From: Tubiluchus corallicola
Lineage: Eukaryota > Animalia > Priapulida
Length of the DNA: 64,000 bases
Reading direction: 5' to 3'
Assembly (NCBI GenBank): GCA_030141605.1
Contig: JAQGDQ010000072.1
Location: 62,001-126,000 of the forward strand
Each line of letters starts with the position of its first letter. Position 1 is the first letter of the stretch. Both the position numbers and the translations under genes were made by a program. Below are positions 12,340 to 23,234 of the stretch, one piece after another. The notes under the pieces were generated by a model. The model had not been told where the DNA came from and made no database searches. It worked only from the letters and a program-made list of their open reading frames with translations.

Positions 12340-13135
12340 ACGTCAGTCAGCATTGATCCTAGCCACCGAAAATCTGATTGTAGGCATAACAGAAACTTGG
12401 CTACATAAACAAATACTTAGCAACACTATAGAATTACCTAATCACACAATAATAAGAAGAGACAGATGTAAAAATAAGAAAGGTGGAGGGGTTGCGATGT
12501 ATATACCTTCACACCTGAGACCACAAAAAATGAAAGGCATCAGAACCGGCAAGATTTAATCTGTTTGGTGCAGCATTGAGAACTATGTAATAGGAACCAT
12601 ATACAGACCACCCAATCTCAAACACAAAACATTTTTCAAATACTTTAGTGAAGAACTAGAACGCAGTGTTTTCGAAAATGAAAAAGTTCTTATAATGGGC
12701 GATTTCAACCTTGATATTTTAGCTACAAACACACTGGCATACAAAACATACACAGAGCTCTTAAAAGAATATAATGTCCACATACTTAATAACAATAAAC
12801 CTACTCGAATTTCTAAAACATCAGCCACAGTAATCGACCATTTCATTTCGAATAGTAACAATAATTTCGAAGCATATGATACTTTCCCGTGTAATTATTC
12901 AGATCACAATATTAGTAGATAAAATGACCCCAGAGCATAACAATAACCAAAATTCAGTCTGGCATTTAATGAGAGACTACGCCCAATACAACAAACATTC
13001 ATACTTAATCGACTTAGCAAAAATGAACTGGACCTCCATATATATGACTGATAAAATAGATACACAAGTTAATATTCTGATTAATAATGTCGAATATTGC
13101 CTTAATGTACATGCACCATATAAAAACGTAAAACA
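12340..13135 (+). mobile_element. CR1/L2-group LINE fragment (AP endonuclease)
   Basis: GITETWL, RRDR..KGGGVAMYI, IYRPP, MGDFNLD, PTRISKTSATVIDHF, SDH, followed by linker sequence. Confidence 0.88.
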
Positions 13136-14214
13136 ATTTCGCGACTTCAGATTGCGTATCGTTTGCCAACGATTTTCGCGCCTTCAGATTTCGCGGCATT
13201 TGTCTTGGTCCACTGGCTCAATGGGTTTTAAACAATAGGTATTATTGACAGTTTGAGTATACGGGAACGTTTTGGTTGTCAGTAGTGTGTGAATGTATTT
13301 ACATTGGTTTTTTTGCTACTCATTTGATTTTCTACTTTAGTTACTAAAGTAATAATTATATTTAGTTAAGTAATTTGAACTTGATGTTTAGTAACTTGAA
13401 ACGTAATTAGAATGTGTGGTAAATATGTAATTAGTCTAGAAAAGGTTTCTGTTGATTTATGCTACAGAATATTGGCAGTATATATTACTTTCTGTACTTT
13501 TTAATATTGTATTTTCCATTACGGCAGCTTCATTTTTATATTATAAGTTGCAATATGTCAGACAATAGCACATTTGCTTTAAATTTTCTCTGTAATTTGT
13601 TTCTTATTATTTCTTTATTTGTTTTTTTGTTTAGAATAAACAACTATGCAACCTAAGATGTTTTCTTGCATCCGTTGCAATGATGGATCATTAGTAATGC
13701 CCTTTTGTACTTGCAATGCTTCCTTGAAACTTATGAACATATTTTCTCAATTGTCCACATTATGTTATACCAAGAAATAATACGTTTATTATTTCTGGCA
13801 CGAATCGCATAACAAAATCTTGAATAGTAGCTTAAAAACAGTGTAGTCTACTGCGACATTGGGCCAAGGCATGGACGTAAAAGGTATTTGTCATTTTCTA
13901 CCATAGCCTATAGCATCTTCTGTAGACTCTATTGGTTTCAAAAGCGCCATGTATAGCCTGTATTATTTTTTTACTACAGGCTAAACTAGCAGTCACACTA
14001 AAAGACTACAAGAAAAGATTAATGCCATAGATGTAATGTCTCGCATGCGTAGAAGGAGATTGTTAATCAGTGTACAACACGAGATCCATTGTTGACAGGT
14101 ATTGGAGCACAATTAAACACGCAGGGTTGAAGCATGACTTACTTCGCAGAGGTAAATGTAACTAAAATTATTATCTTCCACAGTAACTCTAACACTAGAA
14201 AAATATTTTATAAG

Positions 14215-14322
14215 TGTGCCATTTTTTCGTTTTTTCTATTTGTGTCAGTTTTCCCCGTACCGTTTTTTCCTGTACCATTTTTACCGTGAAATTTTTACCT
14301 GTGCCATTTTACCGTGCGCCAT
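14215..14322 (-). repeat. GGTAAAAATGGCACA-type 15-bp array
   Basis: The plus strand shows TGTGCCATTTT / TGTACCATTTTTACC units. Confidence 0.75.
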
Positions 14323-15329
14323 GATGTGCTGTTTTCATCTGTAGCGTTATTTATAATTGCTACGCACGATGTACTCTTGTACATGCATCTTTTAATATTG
14401 GTAAATATATTCTGTCTATTTGTCGATATTATGTACCAATCAACCTGCTGAGTCGCTTCTTTTCTCAAAGTAAAACTATTGTCTCTCATCGCGAATTCCA
14501 CATCACACCCGTAATTAAGCTAAGACATCGCTGTGAAAACTTGAGACGCTAATCAGACCAGGGTAACTGATCAGTCCAAACAATCGTTTCGTCTTCTAAT
14601 TGCCCTGTGACAATCGCTCTTCTTAATCGTGCAATACGAGTGGTTAGCAACAAATCGTATTTTAATCGCATCAACTGCGCGGGCACGGATCGATTCACAG
14701 TAATTAACCGACCTCCATACGTGTTACAAAAACACTCCGCAGTTAGCGAACGCATGCTAAAATTTGGTACCTAATAGGCTAATGCTTATTTCTCCAAGTA
14801 TCACTAGACTTTTCCAGTAGTGTATAGAGTAGTGCGTCGAGTCATCTAGTATATGTTGTGCAATACTTATGCGGGTGACATACGCGAAAAAAAACCGAAT
14901 TGACTTCTTTGGCTGGACTTGACCTCGTTTCATCTGTGAAATTAATAGAAAAAACAGTCAGAAAATTAAGTCAGAAAACTAATTAGCAATACGACTCAAA
15001 ATCAGATTTTGACTGGAAAAGCTCTCGAACGATAAATAAGATGATGAGTTCAATCATTGTTTTCATAGATACATGAAGTTTTGCTATATATTTTTTGTTT
15101 TATTCCTAATTTTAAATCACTCTTTATATATTTCCTGTTGACGAATGCTATTGTATAAATAAAATGACTAAAATTACTGGGTTGTTTATTAATCAAATTT
15201 TATTCTTGTTTTAAAGAATTAAAAACCTTTTTGTTTTGCTCATTTGGCATTGGAATTTTCCATATTGGTTGTTCGTTCTAATGCTTCTTAAATTTAGTGT
15301 ACTGTTATTAATTATTGGCTTGAATTTTT

Positions 15330-16340
15330 ATTGTTAGTTTTTGTTTCTTCTCACAATGATTCTCCTCACAAGTTACGTTTACATGTAGTTGTGTTCACTC
15401 GATTCTGTGTCGTAACTATCCGCACATTTTCCACACTTGGCATTTTTGTTACACCACTTAGCGACACGGTTAAAAGGTTTGCACTTGTAGCAGCATGTTT
15501 CATCATAAACTCCTGCTCATTACGCATCAACTAACCTATAAGAATAACCTGATCTAAAACCTCTTCCAATTCATCACTAGAACGAAATGTTAGTTTTCCT
15601 AAAGGTATGTAGCCAACTTTACGCTTGAAGCATTCAAATTTCACACCATCATTATATTTTCCTTTACCGCTAAAACTTTATCTGTCAGCGTCACATCGCA
15701 ATTTCTTAAAAGACCAACATACTAAGTATTAGGTTTCCTGGCTTTTGTGTTTGACTTTAAATAATTTGGCTTCTAGTTTGCTATGAACTCATTAGCTGAA
15801 GCTTTGTTCCTTAATTGCAACTGAACTTTCACGTTAGCCGTTCTGAATGCCATGTCGAATTTGGTTCTGGGATAATAGTTGCCTAAGTTTTTCTTTACGT
15901 TTGTACTAGTGTTTACTAAAGGTTTGTCTTTGTCATTGTCAATGATTACTGTTCGTTCTGTGACATACTGAACTTGTGTAGAGATTTTACTGTTAAGCTG
16001 CTTAGGTTTGGAAAAACCTATACTTTGAGAGAAAGTAGACTTCACTATTTCGTTATATAACACATTAGACCTATTCGTTTTCTTAGCTAAATCTGTTCCT
16101 TTTTGTTCTGTTTTTGCAACTTTTGTGTCACATTCGTTAAGGTTTTCGTGGCAGTATTATCTCTCTATGCAATAATTTTACTGCAATTTAAATGCTCCAA
16201 ACGTATTTTTCTTCTGTATTAGCTGTATTGCTTCTGCCAAAAATGGTGCCGTTTTCTGTCTAATGAAGTATATCGGAAGTTCTCGTCCTCCTCGTTCATA
16301 TGCAGACTTTTGTCTGTCGTGCCATCTGGAGGCTTTTTCT
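15330..16340 (-). mobile_element. Decayed gag-like LINE ORF1 with zinc knuckles
   Basis: Minus strand 15493-15400 translates CYKCKPFNRVAKWCNKNAKCGKCADSYDTES (degenerate tandem CCHC knuckles). It is preceded by a Lys/Asn-rich region with stops (ORF 15773-16063). Confidence 0.65.
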
Positions 16341-17249
16341 GGAAGCAATTTAAAGGTCTATATGTGAAATATTTTGCTCGACGTGCTTACTGCTTTAGAC
16401 CTTAGACTTAGAGTAATTACACCTTAATGGCCGCTTACCTGTAGGATTCAAACTGGTTCTCCCGCTTAGTTTTAGTACTTGTTACTTGATACAAATAAAT
16501 AATCGACATATTTACTGCGATATCACCACAACTCTTGAATGTATAGTTTTAAAACCACTCAATTTGAATTTGTTGGTTGTTTGCGATCAAAAACATAAAA
16601 TTCGTACATTAACACTATCCTATAGTAAAATTTAATTTATTTTTATCTTTATTTAATTCAGTGCATATAGTACTATATTAGCTATATTTACAATACACAT
16701 AAAAAATAAATAAAATGTAGCGTAAAATCATTTTATTTGTTATAACTAAAAGAAATTCATATATGCCAGTCACTGGACTTTTAGCCCAAAAGCAGGAATT
16801 ACACACACAAAAACAAATATACACAGTAACAATCAGGCAAAACGTAATTTGACAAGCACTATACAGAAGAATATGCGCAGAAGATGTATATTAGTCTTAA
16901 CGGCTGGTGCAGTATAGATTAAAGAGTACAGAATTGATACAAAATTTCATGATTAAATAATTCAATATATTGCTATAAGTTGATTTCAATATTATAAAAA
17001 GTTGTGTATTGTCTAGAATTATTGCAATGATAATACAATAAAAATTAATTTGAGAAACAAGACTAAAAACTTTTACGGAACTAAAAATGTTGGAGCTACT
17101 TACGTAGGTTCGTTTTTGGATTTAGGAATAAAGATGACACGATGGCAAATTTCGCAGTTTTCTGTTTGAAATCTTTGAACTTGCATTTATACGTATATAT
17201 ATATATATATATATATATGTATTTATATTATTATACGTATATACATATA

Positions 17250-19075
17250 ATAATAATGTATAAATGAAGTTCAAAGATTTCAAACTGCAAACTGCAATAT
17301 ATCTATGTTGTGGTTCGGCTGTGATACGAGAAGTTTATGGAAACTTTCTAATCTCTTTTCATTGGTTTTCGAAATAAACCTGTTACATCCAATCTCGCTT
17401 GCAGAATATTGTACTTTAAAATCGTTTTCCTCAATGTCTGCCTCCAAGCTTGCATATTTATTCTCTTTAAACAGGTGGTTTTTTTCAATTTTCAGGTCAA
17501 AAGAGACTGTCAGCTCGAATATGAATAGCTTCTTTTGCAGTTTATCAAATACTCATATGTCAGGGCATGGACGTAATTTGTGTACATTCAAGTGGTATAG
17601 TGCTAATTCTATTATTGTTAAAACCAGGTAAATCAATATGAACTATTAAGCCAGTTGGCAGACGCTGAAGAATTTGCTTACACCAAAAATGAACTATGTT
17701 ATTGTGGCGCCAAGTGTATCTACCTCGTTGGAAGAAAATTTTGACAAAAATTGAAGATGTGAAACAATGATTCAGTGGAGTTGCAGTTTGAGCACTTTGC
17801 CGTGGTTTTCTTGCCCCAGACAGAAAGATTGTCATTAATTGGCGGCTCATCGAGCTCGGCATTATACATGAATTTAAAAACGCCCTTTGGAAGATTATAA
17901 ACCATACTTTTCCAGTCAGTGCAATTCTAAAATGGCCTTGCATCAACAGAGTTTCGATTTTGTCTTGCCAGTCAGACTGGATAAGAGATTGAACTTTAGC
18001 CTTTGTTTCTTTTTTGAGCTTAGTAGTGGTTTGTTCTGTCGGGTTGAGATCAGTGAAAATATTGTCGCAGTACACTGAAATTGATTTATTACGTGACCAT
18101 GAGCCTTCTCTGGATAATTTATTAACTAAAACTGATTGAACTAGTTCGTCATCATTTTTTCTTTCTAATATATATATATATATGCTATGGCACATTTCTT
18201 TATAAATATGACTAGGCTGCGTCAAGTTAGGCCTTCAGCAAGATGCAAGAACGCTGGCATTACAGGTTTCGTATTACCAGCCGTACAGAAACCTATTAGC
18301 TAGAGGATCGAGTTCATCGAGATGAGCATATATCACTGGCAGTTAGGGTAAATATTAGAGAAGGCAGAAAATATCCATCGTCAATTTTGATATTATATAT
18401 ACTTCGCATGTTGCATGAATCAATATTCTGTAAACTCGTCTCTATTTTCGAATGAATAATCTTGAAGTAGTCTGCTTTACTGTTTTTGATTATTATTGCG
18501 GAGCCAAAAAACTTGTGGTCATTCTCAAACAGTGAAGGTATATTGGTATCTGCTACAGAAAGGTTAATTTCAACAGGTGACCCTTTTGTTATGGACAGAG
18601 ATCTGTATTTACTTGGTTTTGACCTTTAGACCCAAGTAGCTAGAATATTTTTGAATCTTTTCTATGATTCATTGGTGGGTTTACTTGTTCCGTGTGGTTA
18701 GAAAAAGTCATCTGCAAATGGTAGTGTGATACAATGGGAATCATTTAAAGTATAACGATGCGTAATTTCTGTATTGATCAATGAGTTGAAGCATAAAATG
18801 AAGACAATAGAAGAGAAGGTATCATCCTGGAAGATGCCTTTAGAGAAATGAAAAGTTTCTGTCGTCCAATTGTTCGTGTGTACAGGTTAGTCAGGTTAAT
18901 GTACAGAGTTTTGACATAGATTTGTATTTCTGGAGGAAAACAATTTCTTTGAAGTGTGAAGTTGATCAAATCGTGAGATACTGAGCCAACTGGATCTTCC
19001 AGGTAAAACTGGATCTTCCACATGAAATGACATGATCTTTTTCTATTTATTTGTATCAGAGATTATTCATGTAAA
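17250..19075 (-). mobile_element. RLE-type (R2/NeSL/HERO/R4-like) non-LTR retrotransposon, decayed and 5'-truncated
   Basis: LEDPVGSVSHDL (RT3-like), ITLPFADD (~18730-18708), zinc knuckle CSNCNSTESLFHIFNFC, RYTWRHNNIV, PD and IFELTVSF (restriction-like endonuclease). Ends in an AT-rich tail. Confidence 0.85.
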
Positions 19076-20738
19076 ACAGTATCATATTCCATACAAACGT
19101 TTTTTCCCTTTATAAAAGTTTTCTTGAAAGCAGTGTTCACAAGCCCATTGGATTTGATAAAAGACGCAGTACGATTTTGGTGGAAACTTAGTCGAAGCGT
19201 AGACGATTAGTGTAGTTAACAGTGTAGCAGAGAGATCTTTATCGGTTGTCTCTCTCTGGTGTCCAACATAATGGTTAGGATATGTATAGATGCACAACAC
19301 ATTTATAAACACCACAGTAACACAATGAGACAATATCATTTTGTGTTTCAAACTGGAATTGCCGAATATGCAGAGCTGTAAACAACAAACTATCCATTCA
19401 ACCGTGACAGAGCGAAACATATCCTGATAAAACTGATTTCTAAAATTAATAACTAAAAATCAAAAATGCGCTTTCGCAAAAAAAATTACATCTTAAATTC
19501 ATCACATAATATGTTTCGCCAATTTTTAAAAAATAGAGACTCAAACAAAACATCAAAATTTATACAGCCACAAACGAGAATGTCATTTTTACTTGCAAGT
19601 ACGCGATTTCTTGAGCTATAGCAGCTCTTTCTCATTACTACTTTAAAGTGTGGAACATTATTGTGTGCTCTTATATAAAACGTTCTCGTACCTAATTCGT
19701 AATATTTAAAAAAATTTACTAAGAGCAACATTATACCGCAATCTGAGTTTCGCAATATTACATCTCCCATAGAATATCCATATGCTGCTACAATAAACTC
19801 CACTGCAGTACGATTTGAACAAGATACTTTTTACTTCCTATGAACAATAATAAAATTTATTACATAGTGTATGATCTCTTGCGTAGAATAATCTTAACTG
19901 GTTAACAGTATCTACGTCATCACAATAATCATCAGATAATATGTTCGCCAGATATTTTTACTAACATTAATTGGTTTATCATTAAGAAAAACTTTTAAAG
20001 TTACATCTAACTGGTTAACAATATCTACGTCATTACTACTGTATAATCATTAGATTAATCAATGATTTTTTTAGGGAACTGTATGTCGACGTTATTTACT
20101 GAATATGGAAAATCACTGTCTACACTAGATATGATACGATGGAACTAATAGTATCTTAATTATTTTGCTTAGATCTGTTATAGTGTATTTAAAGTCTTAA
20201 CCTATGCATTTAAATTATAGCATTAAACCTAGGAAATCTAGCTCACCGTAACTAGATTTTTAAAAATAACAGCAGTTACCGTTTTTAGTTTTGCCGTATG
20301 TAAATAACTTCATTGGCAAACTTGATAGGTTAAATCACAATATACGTCACTTTTTCGAAAAAAAACATTGATGTAGGAAGCCTTAATCTGCCTAACGGAA
20401 TGGTACTGTCAAGCCTAATACATTCGATAAATTTCTAAAATGCAGTTATGCATTTCCCAGTCTTGGTGTGTATTCGATCGTAAATTCGGTTTTGGACGTC
20501 GGCGCGAAAGATAATATTAATAACTTATATGCATATTTTGCTTCTAGCAGAATTGAGCTTGACTAATTCTTTTATAGGCTATTAAACATGACAGTTACCT
20601 TTCGTATCGCGGAGAAAATAATGGCATGGAAGAATAAATTCCGTTTTTCTTTAATATAATTTTCAAGTGAAAAGCTATTGGCACCTTTGGCAAAATGTCG
20701 AGTAAATTATATTTGTTTTTAGAAATTTTCTCTTATAT

Positions 20739-20832
20739 TGTTTTTAAATGTATGCAAGGATTTGATCCAATGATATAAATTAGTCAGAGGAGATTTTAGC
20801 ATGGATCAAATCCTTGCATACATTTAAAAACA
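20739..20832. repeat. Perfect 31-bp inverted repeat with 32-bp spacer (micro-MITE / hairpin)
   Basis: TGTTTTTAAATGTATGCAAGGATTTGATCCA (20739-20769) and its exact reverse complement (20802-20832). Confidence 0.92.
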
Positions 20833-20863
20833 TATATATAAATGTGTATGTAAAATGATAAAC

Positions 20864-20864
<1 letters not shown>

Positions 20865-20933
<69 letters not shown>
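20865..20933. repeat. (TA)n(TG)n microsatellite
   Basis: Direct reading. Confidence 0.98.
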
Positions 20934-20937
<4 letters not shown>

Positions 20938-20984
20938 GTATATAAATATACGTGAAACTATGTGATTTTCACTTGTGTTGGTAA

Positions 20985-21160
20985 TGAATGAGCGAACGAA
21001 CGAACGAACGAATGAACCAATCAACCAGCCAATCCACCAACTAACCAAACAACCAACAAAACCAATCAACCAACCACTCAACTAACCAACCAGCCAACAA
21101 GCAAACCAATCAACCAACAAAGCACCAAACTATTCATCCACCTAACCAATCAAACACTCA
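20985..21160. repeat. (GAAC)n/(AACC)n degenerate tetranucleotide repeat
   Basis: Direct reading. Confidence 0.9.
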
Positions 21161-22747
21161 CAATAGAGTACTGTTGCAGGAAAATTCGTGAACGGTTTAA
21201 AATTTAAACGAAATGCCGGAAGCGCGCCATCCGAAACATAGCCTGTTACTTAAGTTTGTACGTTTTACATGATTTTTTTTCGTTCCAGAACAACATACGC
21301 GCGAACGCGACCATAGCTAGATTTTTAAAACTGCTAGTTTTGAAAACAGCTGTAAGCGGCTCGTAGAGCTGCTGGAAGCTGAAACTTGGTACAACATGCT
21401 TTATCATGGTAATACTTAATATTTCGAAGCCGATGCGAATCGCAGGAAAGAACTCAGTAAGCAAATAACCAATGCATCGCATTCCGGGCTAGTTACTTAA
21501 GTATTTAATCTAGTTTCAAAAAACTCTTATATATTTTTATTTCTATTGAAATTTCTTGAAAGCGCAATTATTTCTATTGGATCATGTTGACCGTTCATTG
21601 GTATATTCATTATATTGCTGTTATTTTTAGTATTCAAATTGTAATCTTGTTATTTTTGCTTCATTTTAAATTTCTTTTAATAGTACATTCGCTGACGAAA
21701 GACACAGAGATTGACGATACGTCCATTATCAGCGAACATTTTGCTTTAAAACTTATGACCAATTCCAATTGTTGCAGTGATCCTTTTTTATTGTAATTTC
21801 TTTGTTTACCTTTGCACATTTGGTGTGGATATTTTAAATATTATAATTGTATAATATTTTTATCGATGAATTGTAATTAGGAGATCGCTTTTAGAAAAAT
21901 AGAATATAATACAAGTGAAATCATGAACTATTCCTAGACAGTAAGTTTTCGCAAACGTGGGAAATACACAAAGATAATTCTAATTATAAAATCCCGACCT
22001 TTCATGGTAGTACTGGTATGATTAGAGGCGACGTGTAAACAATATGGCATATCATTTAGGGGGATTGCGCTTGACAAATCCCATGAGTTTTTCGGTCAGA
22101 GCGTGAGCATACACCATTTAAAGCTAAAACAAATAGACTAAACCATAATGGGACTACATTACCTGAATGATTAACCAGATCACAGATGCCAAGTCTGACT
22201 GTTTCTTTCCGGAAACTAAAACAGTGATTGTGTTTGAATTAACGAAATCTTTTGTTATTCCAGATAATATGTAGAGGGCTTGAGAAATGTAAGTGCTGAG
22301 ATGCGCAGCTCTGGTTACAGATTTGCAAAATCATGAATTTTTTGTAAAATTTATACCGTCTGAAGTTGGTAATCAAGGGCATATTTCTAAAGCAGCGAAA
22401 AGATCTTTTAAAAAAGCGCAAGTTTGCCGGAAAAAGTCCACAGTACATAATAAAATATCAAAATTACTGATATTCTCTTCATACACTGTTTTCTATTTCA
22501 AGTTTTCGCTTATTGCGCCAACCCCGCATTGATTAATTATTATAATTTCTAGTCGTTAATATTTGCTTTATATATACGGTAGCAATTTCTTGATATAATA
22601 AGAAATAAGTAATATGTAATAAGTAATTAAATTACTGCAATGTAGGCTTCATTTTATCCCATAATGTAACAAAAGCATTAATTTACGCCATTAATTGTCA
22701 CTTTTAATTGTCTTCTCCTTGAAGGTGTAAATATTGTAAATCCCTAA

Positions 22748-22892
22748 GTACAAGTCAAAGTACAACAACAAGTACAAGGTAAAAATGGTATAGGAAAAAA
22801 TGTCATAAATGGTAAAGTAGGTAAAAATGCCACAGGAAAAAGTAGCACGGTAAAAATGGCACAAATGGAAAAGCATGTAAAAATGTAAAAAT
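22748..22892 (+). repeat. GGTAAAAATGGCACA-type 15-bp array
   Basis: GGTAAAAATGGTATA, GGTAAAAATGCCACA and GGTAAAAATGGCACA units. Confidence 0.8.
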
Positions 22893-23234
22893 CTTACATT
22901 ATATTATCATATCATTACATTACGTCTTTTACATTAATAGTGTTCTAGTTTTCTGTATTTAAGCTATGTAAGACAGGTCTACCTTGAACATTTAGACCGG
23001 TGGGCTAGCCAGGCTAATTGTTCCGCTGTGTTTTAGTATAGTGGTATTTTAGTATTGATAATAATTATGTTATTTGATTCTGTGATTGTACCTGCTAGTA
23101 TAGTTATTATAATATAATTCTTCGAAACTTGTTAATGATTGAGTTGTTTGATTCTTTGATTGTAAAAGCTAACAGGCTTAATAATTGTGTGCAAACTTTA
23201 ATTCGGTGCTTGCTCTCCCCCTATTTCCTTGCCC

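Noticed and set aside
14480-14760. CpG-richer stretch with TAATTA motifs as a possible enhancer
   Set aside because: Cannot be supported without conservation or chromatin data.
22065-22240. Minus-strand open frame / exon pair with a TM-like segment (VVPLWFSLFVLALMVYAHAL)
   Set aside because: Would need a 39-nt intron or lacks a start codon, and has no recognisable motif.
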